Source of the DNA: a virus
Lineage: Duplodnaviria > Caudoviricetes
Length of the DNA stretch: 50,864 nucleotides
Virus record (IMG/VR): IMGVR_UViG_3300021062_000004
Location: 1-50,864 of that record
Direction: 5' to 3' (one strand)
Shown here one piece after another: positions 9,541 through 16,868 of the stretch (position 1 is its first letter; every line of letters begins with the position of its first letter). The translations under genes were made by a program, and so were the position numbers. The notes below the pieces were generated by a model. It did not search any database, was not told the origin of the DNA, and saw nothing but the letters and a program-made list of their open reading frames with translations.

Positions 9541-9711
9541 TCAATTGGGCAACTCCCGTCGGCATGTCACGCAGTACACCTTCCGCATCCGCTTCGCCTC
9601 CAGCTCGGCGAGCTGGCGTTGCACCAGTTGCTCATGGCACCGGTCCCACGCCTCATTGTCACGCCGCATCTGCTCGGGCGAACGCGGGGCGTAGGCGTTG
9701 AGGAAGTCCAT
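9541..9711 (-). CDS. Small hypothetical protein with C-terminal CxxC
   Basis: MDFLNAY.. 56 aa, co-oriented just downstream of TerS-like gene. Confidence 0.5.
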   Translation of the reverse strand: MDFLNAYAPRSPEQMRRDNEAWDRCHEQLVQRQLAELEAKRMRKVYCVTCRRELPN

Positions 9712-9725
9712 GAATAGGGAGGCGG

Positions 9726-10055
9726 TCAAGATGCCTGATCCCCCTCCCGCTTGAAGCTCCGCTCGCCCCGCTGCACGCGGACGACGTGAACTTCCGCCTG
9801 GACGTTGGCGTTGACGGTCTGGGCAGGCGTACCCTCCAGCCGGTCAAACAGGTACTTCCAGAATTGGAAGTCGCCCGCTTCCGCAGCCGCAATGCCCGCT
9901 TCCACGATGGCTTGGGCACGGCCGGGGTTCTCGTTGAGAACTTTTCTGATACGGTCAGACAGCCCAAACGTCCCAGGCGGTTTGCCGGCAGGATTGCCGG
10001 AAACCCCTGGTGGGAAAGGCTTTAGGTTCGCAAGGCTCTTGGGATTGACGGCCAT
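9726..10055 (-). CDS. Terminase small subunit-like protein (DUF5681-type N-terminus)
   Basis: NPKSLANLKPFPPGVSGNPAGKP N-terminus and YLFDRLEGTPAQTV C-terminal motif. Confidence 0.75.
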   Translation of the reverse strand: MAVNPKSLANLKPFPPGVSGNPAGKPPGTFGLSDRIRKVLNENPGRAQAIVEAGIAAAEAGDFQFWKYLFDRLEGTPAQTVNANVQAEVHVVRVQRGERSFKREGDQAS

Positions 10056-10102
10056 CTCTGCTAATCGTTGAAAGAATCTTCAGAAAATCTTACCACAACC
10101 TA

Positions 10103-10132
10103 TTGACAAGTCCAGTGGTGGTGGCACAAGAT
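10103..10132 (+). promoter_or_regulatory. Putative sigma70 promoter for the structured region
   Basis: TTGACA 10103-10108, 18-bp spacer, weak -10 CAAGAT. Confidence 0.45.
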
Positions 10133-10225
10133 GTTGAAGGTGAACCACAAACCGCACATTTCCGCCGCCAGCCCGTCACGCCTGGTTCACCAACCAGACG
10201 GGGGCGGTGTTTTTGCCTTCAGCAT
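10131..10225 (+). ncRNA. C4/CI-like antisense or attenuator RNA hairpin
   Basis: Bulged hairpin 10162-10207 followed by TGTTTTT; apical TGGTTCACC complementary to upstream GGTGAACCA (10139-10147); enclosed by 10131-10140/10216-10225. Confidence 0.5.
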
Positions 10226-10299
10226 AAGGAGGCAATTGTCCGACACGTATTCAAATAACATGGGTTCCCCCGCACCGTTGAAGCGGGACAATCAAACTT

Positions 10300-10935
10300 A
10301 CGAGGGACAGCGATGGAGTAAGCGCGCTGTGCTCTTTCCCGCCCGCCCTCTTCACTGAGCTTGAACAGAATCACGGCGGCAATCTCCGTGTGAAAAGTGA
10401 AAAGGCCCCTACGGGACCCGTTCCATGAGTCCCATAGGGGGTTGCCCATCAGCGAAGGCTGAGGTCATGCTGTCTCAGCATGGCCCGAAGCCAACGCCAA
10501 AGGGCGTAAAGGGCAGAAAGGCGGGTACGCACGTGGTACCTCCTCTCTCAAAGTGGCCCCGGCCAGCCGCCGGGTTCTACTCATGCCCGCCCCTCTTCAC
10601 TGAGCGGTGGGCGTTTTCCCCGCCGATCCCGGTGACCCCGGCCTGAGGCGGCACAACTTGACAGCCAGGTCCACGGATGGACTGCTCCTCAGGGAGCCGT
10701 GGAGGCAATAAGGCGTGGCCTCGCAGAACTTACGCCAGAGCATGTTCAAGACGTGTGGAACTAGACCCTACCGCACGCCAGTCTCAAGACTGCACTATTC
10801 GTGTGTATCGGTGAGCCGCATTGCTCCGGCTGAAATGGTGAAAACACACGCAACCGACCGTACCGACCGACTGACGGCATGGCGGACTCCTGTCAAGCAC
10901 AGGGTCTGCTCTCCCTTCTCTCTCTCCCTCTGGCA
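10300..10935 (+). ncRNA. Candidate large structured RNA or origin region
   Basis: More than ten inverted repeats back to back, a multibranch element and a long-range pair 10360-10367/10743-10750; no convincing ORF. Confidence 0.5.
10585..10617 (+). terminator. Terminator-like hairpin inside the structured region
   Basis: GCCCGCC..CTC/GAG..GGTGGGC then GTTTT. Confidence 0.45.
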
Positions 10936-10975
10936 TGTGCGGCATTCGCCGCAAGTGCAGCAACACCAACAGGTT

Positions 10976-11389
10976 ATGACGATGGCCAAATATCCGCGAC
11001 AATACAAATGCTTGAAGTGTCTCCGCATCATCACGTTGCAAAGGTGGTTCGCGAAGTATGAGACGATTCTGTGTCCGGAGTGTGGCGGCAAGAACAGTCT
11101 GAGCCGGGAATATTTGCACAAGGAGGTCCCGGCTCATGCTTTGATGGGTGACAGGCCTCAAGCTCCGAAGTCTGCTTCGCTTTCCCGCGAATCCCTGGAT
11201 TCCCGCTGGTCCGCGTTGTTCCCGGAGTTGGACGGGATCGGGAAGAAAGAGCATGAATCCGCTCCCGTCGTCACGGACGCGACGCGTCAAGCTCAATTCG
11301 ACCCGTTGGCGGACCCGCCATTTGTTCCGACACATCGCGAGGCGTGGAACACGCACCCGCGTTGGTCGCACTTGCCGGCGTCAGGGTGA
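10976..11389 (+). CDS. Zinc-ribbon protein
   Basis: CLKC..CPECG; start at 10976 or 10982. Confidence 0.65.
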   Translation: MTMAKYPRQYKCLKCLRIITLQRWFAKYETILCPECGGKNSLSREYLHKEVPAHALMGDRPQAPKSASLSRESLDSRWSALFPELDGIGKKEHESAPVVTDATRQAQFDPLADPPFVPTHREAWNTHPRWSHLPASG

Positions 11390-11698
11390 CTCTATGTGAA
11401 CCTCGTCGATTGGCGGCTCCGGCCCGGCATTCTTGATCCAGAATGTGCAAAGGCCGTCTCGCTCCAGCTCGGCCAGATGATGCGTCTCCGGCTCGCTCTT
11501 GGGTTCGTGATGAACCTCCTTGAGACCTGGCGGCTTGATGATGAAACGATTGCAGTAGACCGGGCCGACTTCAATCCACGCGACTTCGCCGTCTCGGCGG
11601 ATGACCAAAGCGACCGGCTTGTCGCCTTTGAACCCGACGCCGCAGCAGATGGCCTCTTCCTCCATGAATCGGCAGGGACATGGGAAGATGTGTTTCAT
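11381..11698 (-). CDS. Hypothetical protein (105 aa)
   Basis: MKHIFPCPC..; ATGA overlap with stop of 11695-11919; GGAGG upstream. Confidence 0.55.
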   Translation of the reverse strand: MKHIFPCPCRFMEEEAICCGVGFKGDKPVALVIRRDGEVAWIEVGPVYCNRFIIKPPGLKEVHHEPKSEPETHHLAELERDGLCTFWIKNAGPEPPIDEVHIESP

Positions 11699-11919
11699 CT
11701 TGAAGCCTCCATGGCCGGTCGCCCTGCCTTCGGCCGCTTGAGCTTCTTCAACGCATTCCGCTTGATGAGCACGCGGGACTCTCCCGCCGTCCACCACACC
11801 TCGACCACGCCCGACTCGATGTACCTCCACATCGTCGGCACGCTCACCCCCGCAATCTTTGCGGCCTCCTGCGGCGTGAAATAATCTGAGATATTTTTCT
11901 TGATTTGCTCTTGACTCAT
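11695..11919 (-). CDS. Excisionase/MerR-like helix-turn-helix protein
   Basis: YFTPQEAAKIAGVSVPTMWRYIESG motif; basic GRP tail. Confidence 0.8.
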   Translation of the reverse strand: MSQEQIKKNISDYFTPQEAAKIAGVSVPTMWRYIESGVVEVWWTAGESRVLIKRNALKKLKRPKAGRPAMEASR

Positions 11920-11956
11920 GTCGAGAAGACTGTATCATGTTTTCAGTCAGAGTCAA
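11911..11956. promoter_or_regulatory. Overlapping opposed sigma70 promoters
   Basis: Plus strand TTGACT-N16-TATCAT (11911-11938); minus strand TTGACT-N16-TACAGT (11956-11929). Confidence 0.65.
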
Positions 11957-11971
11957 CAAGGAGAAACGGAC

Positions 11972-12157
11972 ATGTACGCGATTCAAGTGACAGACCAGAT
12001 GCCAGGATGGGCTTGGCGAATCCGTGGTTGCTATCCAAAGGAACGCACCACGATTGTCAAGGCTCGCGACCGTGAGCAGCTTCGGCGGCGTGTCCACCGC
12101 CTGAAAGAGACCTGGCGGATTGACCGCGTGTGGCACGTGAAGGGTACGGATTATTGA
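11972..12157 (+). CDS. Hypothetical protein
   Basis: AAGGAG then ATG; first gene after promoter. Confidence 0.7.
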   Translation: MYAIQVTDQMPGWAWRIRGCYPKERTTIVKARDREQLRRRVHRLKETWRIDRVWHVKGTDY

Positions 12158-12212
12158 CACCCACCAATCCCCCGCCCCGACGTGAGGTCGGAGACACGAG
12201 GAGAACAGGAAA

Positions 12213-12356
12213 ATGCGAACCCAATTCATCAACTGCAAGACCATGAGAGACGCAAAGCGTCAGGCTCCGTGGGCCGCGAAGATTGTCAAGGTCGAAGGCG
12301 GCTACAAGGCCTTCGAGTCCATCGCCGACTACGAAACCTGGAAACGGCAGAAGTGA
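12213..12356 (+). CDS. Small phage protein (47 aa, APWAAKIVKVEGGYKAFES)
   Basis: Translated by hand (below ORF-track cut-off); GAGGAG/AGGA upstream. Confidence 0.75.
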   Translation: MRTQFINCKTMRDAKRQAPWAAKIVKVEGGYKAFESIADYETWKRQK

Positions 12357-12396
12357 CTGATTGACCCTCGCCCGAGCAAACACGAGGAGACATGAC

Positions 12397-12576
12397 ATGA
12401 AAACCGAGCATTCCAAGTTCACGATTCAAGCTGACCGATGGGTGACAAGCGAGGGTGAGTGGCAGGTGTTCCGCATTGTGAACAAGGTAGGAGCCACCAT
12501 CGCTCAGACCAGCGACGCATTTTGGGCCGATTTCATCATGAAGGCGGCCAATGACCTTGCGAAAGTGACTGATTGA
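12397..12576 (+). CDS. Hypothetical protein
   Basis: GAGGAG then ATG; bounded by repeats. Confidence 0.7.
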   Translation: MKTEHSKFTIQADRWVTSEGEWQVFRIVNKVGATIAQTSDAFWADFIMKAANDLAKVTD

Positions 12577-12654
12577 CCATCGCCCGCCCCCACCCCTTCA
12601 CGCGGTGGGCCAGGGCATCGGCCAATAGGGGACGATGAGACAAAGGGACAGAAC

Positions 12655-13008
12655 ATGCCTGATTACCTCGTATCGAAGCTTGCCGCAATTCTTCAACGTG
12701 CCCATGCCGCTGCGGTTGCCGCTGATCCTGGCGAGGGCAACGACGGCGGAACCTGCAACATGGACACTCCTGCGTTCCGCATCGACCGGGTAAAAGAGAC
12801 GACGATTCAGAAAGCCGCGAATCTGGCTGGCGTCGAGGTCATGCGATTTGGTTGGCTTGGCCGGGATTCGTGGTACTGGCTTCGCGTTCCCCTGCTCGGC
12901 CAAGGCAACCGGCGGTCGACGATGATGAAGGCGGCACAGAAGGTTCTCAATGATTCCGCTCCGCAAATCCCCGGCTTCCACGCCTGCGGCTACTACCAGA
13001 TGGATTGA
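12655..13008 (+). CDS. Hypothetical phage protein (DGGTCNMD motif)
   Basis: 117 aa; bounded by repeats. Confidence 0.75.
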   Translation: MPDYLVSKLAAILQRAHAAAVAADPGEGNDGGTCNMDTPAFRIDRVKETTIQKAANLAGVEVMRFGWLGRDSWYWLRVPLLGQGNRRSTMMKAAQKVLNDSAPQIPGFHACGYYQMD

Positions 13009-13080
13009 CCCTCGCCCCATTCCCCCACGGGGGAAGCGGGCATCGGCCAATGGTGGCGGATGAGACGAAAGGGATAAGAC

Positions 13081-13383
13081 GTGAGCAAACCTCGAAAGAT
13101 TGAAGTGCTTGAGGAGTTGGCCCGTACCCTCGTGGGCGATGCCAAGGGACCCAATATCTACTTTGTCACGGACCAGGGCGTCGTCGTGACCATTACTCGG
13201 TCGTTTGAACTTGCATACACCGAGTGGCGTCAACTGTCCCGACGTACGCCGCGTGTTGAATCGGCATTGGAGGACCGCAAGTTTGGAGTCATTGCCTCAG
13301 TTGCACCGGAGAGCGATGGGCCGGACGCCAAACTGCGAGTCTCTGACGATTCAGCGATGGCTGGATATCAAATCCACGTCTGA
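13081..13383 (+). CDS. Hypothetical protein
   Basis: GTG at same position in the repeat as the ATG of the previous gene. Confidence 0.7.
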   Translation: MSKPRKIEVLEELARTLVGDAKGPNIYFVTDQGVVVTITRSFELAYTEWRQLSRRTPRVESALEDRKFGVIASVAPESDGPDAKLRVSDDSAMAGYQIHV

Positions 13384-13446
13384 CTATCCCTTGGCCCAGG
13401 CCCCCGGCCTCACCCGCCGGGCCTGGGCCTGTCTTGAAAGGAGAAT

Positions 13447-13674
13447 GTGATGGCAAACGCACTCAAGCAGGAATTGATTGGCAAGCTGGTTCGTGTCGGC
13501 TCGTGGCCGCAACCGGTCCGTGTCATCAATGGGTCTGGGGCGTACACGTTCACCACCGGGCAGGCACTCATATGCCGCGATGAGCGGACTGGCGAGCAAC
13601 GCCGTTTCGAGGGATGGGACGTTGAGTCAATCGTGGACGAGCCGCTGACCGCCCCCACGGCGACGGAGGACTGA
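13447..13674 (+). CDS. Hypothetical protein
   Basis: AAAGGAG upstream. Confidence 0.7.
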   Translation: MMANALKQELIGKLVRVGSWPQPVRVINGSGAYTFTTGQALICRDERTGEQRRFEGWDVESIVDEPLTAPTATED

Positions 13675-13716
13675 GGACTGACCCGCCTCCCGCCCGGAGG
13701 CAGAAAGGTGTGACGA

Positions 13717-13896
13717 ATGGAAAAGACTCAATGGCTTGTGCCGATGCGATTGACAATCTACACGCAAGTTCGGGTTGAGGCTGCGTCGTCCGAAGAGGCA
13801 AGGTCGCTCGCAAAGAGTTTCGTGACGATTGACGATGGACGACAAGTCGCCGAGTGTGTCTATCCTGAGGTGATCGGCGAAGCTGTCGAAGTCTGA
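13717..13896 (+). CDS. Small protein with VEAxSxEEA motif (59 aa)
   Basis: Translated by hand: MEKTQWLVPMRLTIYTQVRVEAASSEEARSLA..; AAAGGTG upstream. Confidence 0.7.
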   Translation: MEKTQWLVPMRLTIYTQVRVEAASSEEARSLAKSFVTIDDGRQVAECVYPEVIGEAVEV

Positions 13897-13928
13897 CCCC
13901 ACCCCACCCCCGGCGGAGGAGTGAAGCG

Positions 13929-14204
13929 ATGAGCAATGCGAATCCAAGTCCGCAGCAGCGTATGTTTCCAATCGGAAGCTTCATTCGTCCGAATGATGAG
14001 GCGATGCGACGCGGATTGTTTCCGTTGCGTGGACGGGTTAAATTGGGATTTGTTTCAAGATACTGTGCCGACCCTTGGTGCGTGTATTACAAGAAGAATC
14101 CATGGACCAAAGGGAACGGCCATGTGATTTGCGTCAAATTCATAGAATTGGACTCACAAGATGCTGCTACCCAAAATATCGGAAGCACTGAACCAGTGCA
14201 TTGA
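13929..14204 (+). CDS. Hypothetical protein
   Basis: GGAGGAG upstream. Confidence 0.65.
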   Translation: MSNANPSPQQRMFPIGSFIRPNDEAMRRGLFPLRGRVKLGFVSRYCADPWCVYYKKNPWTKGNGHVICVKFIELDSQDAATQNIGSTEPVH

Positions 14205-14418
14205 CGCTTCGGAGTGCTACAAGAATGAGCCTCCGTCATTCGAGCAGGTCGCGATTGCTCGCCGCATGGCGGATGTGCTGCCAAAGGCGTTCATTTTGTT
14301 GGAGGTCATTCGCGACAATCCCCATGCGGACCGGGACGATTGCAAATCATTCGCCAAGCTTGCGATGAACATAATCATGGACACCGCTGACCCGCCCGCC
14401 CCAGGAGTGAAGCGATGA
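14161..14418 (+). CDS. Hypothetical protein, paralogue of 14811-15080
   Basis: Shared LxP(K/R)IxEALN..ARR....LPK. Confidence 0.65.
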   Translation: MLLPKISEALNQCIDASECYKNEPPSFEQVAIARRMADVLPKAFILLEVIRDNPHADRDDCKSFAKLAMNIIMDTADPPAPGVKR

Positions 14419-14633
14419 GCAGGCGGTACATAACCTTCGAGCAGATTGAGCAGCACGCCGCCGGAATCGACAGGCAAATCGCTTACCACGAGCAGAAGGT
14501 ACGCGAACTAAATCATATGAAGAAATATCTTGCCGACTTGGTGGCGAAACACCTCGTTCTTATGAACGAAGATGAACCCATTGCCGCCGAATGTGAAACC
14601 TCTGACCCGCCCGCCCACAGGAGCAGGACATGA
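14415..14633 (+). CDS. Small coiled-coil protein
   Basis: AGGAG, ATGA overlap. Confidence 0.65.
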   Translation: MSRRYITFEQIEQHAAGIDRQIAYHEQKVRELNHMKKYLADLVAKHLVLMNEDEPIAAECETSDPPAHRSRT

Positions 14634-14809
14634 GCGACAAACTGATTCACCGCGTCGAGATGCTCATCGACGATGAATGGGTTCCCGTGTTCAAAGGAGA
14701 TCATGCGGACCGCGAGGCTGCGGAGAATTGGAAGAAAATCCGCGAGGACATGCACCCGAATCACCCGCACCGCATCATCTCGTTCGACCCATCGACAGCA
14801 AGGATTTGA
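14630..14809 (+). CDS. Hypothetical protein (59 aa)
   Basis: Translated by hand: MSDKLIHRVEMLIDDEWVPV..; AGGAG, ATGA overlap. Confidence 0.65.
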   Translation: MSDKLIHRVEMLIDDEWVPVFKGDHADREAAENWKKIREDMHPNHPHRIISFDPSTARI

Positions 14810-14810
14810 C

Positions 14811-15080
14811 ATGCCCCTCTCACCCCGAATCGTGGAAGCGTTGAATGACGTACTTGGTAAAGCGGAGTACTCAATATCACACGCCAATTCCGACTGGCAG
14901 TATAACAAAGACATGCCAAAACTTCGCCTCGCCCGTCGCGTCGTGGAGGCGTTGCCGAAGGTGAATGAGACGCTCGTCGACCTCAGAGAGTATCTCAGAA
15001 GTTACGGACATTCTGATGTGATTGAGTGGGTGGACGAAGCCCTCTCCGCACTCCGCGAGGCGGGGGAGGTGAAGGCGTGA
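14811..15080 (+). CDS. Hypothetical protein, paralogue of 14161-14418
   Basis: MPLSPRIVEALN..; starts 1 nt after upstream stop. Confidence 0.7.
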   Translation: MPLSPRIVEALNDVLGKAEYSISHANSDWQYNKDMPKLRLARRVVEALPKVNETLVDLREYLRSYGHSDVIEWVDEALSALREAGEVKA

Positions 15081-15406
15081 TGTTGACAGTAAAGATTGGA
15101 CTCGGCCGGAGGACTCAATTCTTCGTCGACGACCGTGAAGTGGATGAGCAAACGTGGCTCAAGGTCCATGATGAGCTTGGCATTCCGCGTCCGGTCGAGG
15201 AGGTTCCGAAGCGGTGCAGGACGTGCAAGCATTGGCACAGGAGCGACCATCAAATCGCGTTCGTCGATGTCGGGCAATGCAATCTCTTGGTGAACGACGA
15301 GATGCACAACTACGTATGTGTGCCGACGTGGAAGGCTCAGGAAGAATTGCCGCATCCACTCACCGACGCCAGTTTCGGATGCACCCACTGGGAACCCAAA
15401 CCTTGA
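15080..15406 (+). CDS. Cys/His protein related to 4979-5206
   Basis: GGAGGTG, TGATG overlap; CRTCKHW..GQC..FGCTHWEPK. Confidence 0.7.
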   Translation: MLTVKIGLGRRTQFFVDDREVDEQTWLKVHDELGIPRPVEEVPKRCRTCKHWHRSDHQIAFVDVGQCNLLVNDEMHNYVCVPTWKAQEELPHPLTDASFGCTHWEPKP

Positions 15407-15430
15407 CCCTCCCCCAGCCCGACTACACCA

Positions 15431-15775
15431 ATGAGCACTGAAATAACCGTTCCTATAGGAATCGAGAAGCTGTCCAACATGATGTGTGGCTGCGGCTGCA
15501 ACGAACTTGCTTGGAGAGCCATTCTTGCCGCACTGGAACGGGCAGCCAGCGACGGCAAGCGGTCGCCGCTACCGGACGACGGCCATGTGTGGATGCTGCA
15601 CTACGTGCTTGATTACGCGAAGCTGACTGAGCACGGCAGCAACATTCAATGGGCATGGATTACCGATGAGGGGAGAGGCGTGTTGGATTTTCTCCGACAG
15701 TACGGAGAGGATTGGAAGGACTCCAAGGAAATCGAGTTTTTAGCGAGCGACGGATGCGTGCTCAGCAACATTTGA
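15431..15775 (+). CDS. Hypothetical protein flanked by an 18-bp direct repeat
   Basis: CGCG and EHGSNI..AWITDEG motifs; repeats at 15413 and 15776. Confidence 0.7.
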   Translation: MSTEITVPIGIEKLSNMMCGCGCNELAWRAILAALERAASDGKRSPLPDDGHVWMLHYVLDYAKLTEHGSNIQWAWITDEGRGVLDFLRQYGEDWKDSKEIEFLASDGCVLSNI

Positions 15776-16146
15776 CCCAGCCCGACTACACCACGGCGGA
15801 GATGGCGAAGCTGGCGGGCGTCAGCATGACCATCATCCAACGCCGCTGCGGCGAGCTTCGCCAGAAATACGGCTCCTTCGGCCGCATGCGGGCCGGGTTC
15901 TGGCTGTTCACCCGCGAGGAGGCCCAGCAGGTGCTTGCGATGGGGCCGGGCAAGCGAGGCCCGCGTCCGCCCGCCGACGCCAAGGAGTCCTATTCCGTCC
16001 GCGACCTGGCGGGCATCATCGGCATCCCCGAGTGGAAAGTCCGCGATCGGGCCGAGCGGCTTGGGCACGGGACCGTCCGCGACGGCCGGCTCGCCTTCAC
16101 CTACCACGAGATGAAGATGATGGTTCGCCGCGAGCGAAAGCGGTGA
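15772..16146 (+). CDS. Tandem helix-turn-helix protein
   Basis: YTTAEMAKLAGVS and YSVRDLAGIIGIP; TTG overlaps upstream stop. Confidence 0.7.
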   Translation: MTQPDYTTAEMAKLAGVSMTIIQRRCGELRQKYGSFGRMRAGFWLFTREEAQQVLAMGPGKRGPRPPADAKESYSVRDLAGIIGIPEWKVRDRAERLGHGTVRDGRLAFTYHEMKMMVRRERKR

Positions 16147-16149
16147 CGC

Positions 16150-16665
16150 TCACGGCGGGTTCTGCATGTTGAAAAGCTCGCGGTCAATTTCAATGACCTG
16201 CTCGTCAATCGAGCGAACCTCCATGTCCAGCCGTTCGATGTTCAGGGTGAGTCGCTGTCGCGTATCCGGGTCGCCGTTGCTCATCTCGCTTTGGAGTTGA
16301 TAGCGGGCGTTCACGATTTGAATCCGTTTGGAGTTCAGTGCGTTCTTCTTGGCAATCAGGGCGTTCTTTCGATTTGTCGCCTTGATGGTTTGGGCGACCG
16401 AACCCGGTGATGGCTGCGTCGCGGCCGAGTCCGGGTTCGCAATCTGCTCCAGGAGTTCATTCAGCTTTTTGACGGCCAGAGTGTCTTCCAGCCTGGAAGA
16501 CTCAAGGGCGGCAACTCGCTCTTGCAGCAGGCGGACTTCAATTTCAAGATCGCCAATTCTCTTGACGGGGGATTTTGTCCTCTCCTGGGGCTTGTTGTCC
16601 CAAGAGGAAAGGCCAGCCAATGCCCCAATCGCGACCACCATCGCAATCCACTTCAACGGCTTCAT
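16150..16665 (-). CDS. Membrane-anchored/secreted coiled-coil protein (possible lysogenic conversion or exclusion)
   Basis: N-terminal hydrophobic segment then heptads; co-oriented with repressor-like gene. Confidence 0.65.
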   Translation of the reverse strand: MKPLKWIAMVVAIGALAGLSSWDNKPQERTKSPVKRIGDLEIEVRLLQERVAALESSRLEDTLAVKKLNELLEQIANPDSAATQPSPGSVAQTIKATNRKNALIAKKNALNSKRIQIVNARYQLQSEMSNGDPDTRQRLTLNIERLDMEVRSIDEQVIEIDRELFNMQNPP

Positions 16666-16690
16666 GTTTTGCCCCTTTCATTTTGAACAA

Positions 16691-16723
16691 CCCGGCGGGT
16701 CCAAAGGCGGGTTACCCGCCGGG
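16691..16723. terminator. Strong GC hairpin
   Basis: CCCGGCGGGT / ACCCGCCGGG 10-bp inverted repeat. Confidence 0.55.
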
Positions 16724-16868
16724 TCACATGGAGGAGGTCATGCCGACTCCTCCTGGCACTTCCGCCTCAGCTCCTCTTCGTCCGATAACCACTTTGCAAT
16801 TGCTGTCATGCCCTCCGTGTCGATCCTGGCAATGGGTCCTTCCTCTTCGCCCCGGCCATCCCACACAT

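Larger units (their letters stand above)
12351..13080 (+). repeat. Intergenic repeat family A (GATTGACC(C/A)TCGCCC..hairpin..GGGCATCGGCCAAT..GATGAGAC..AAAGGGA)
   Basis: 12351-12374 vs 12563-12586 match 23/24; 14-mer at 12613 and 13038. Confidence 0.85.

Noticed and set aside
10715-10975. N-terminal extension of the zinc-ribbon ORF
   Set aside because: Overlaps dense hairpins with atypical composition; the ATG at 10976/10982 is more plausible
12150-15800. CRISPR array
   Set aside because: Repeats are degenerate, irregularly spaced and separated by whole genes; no cas genes
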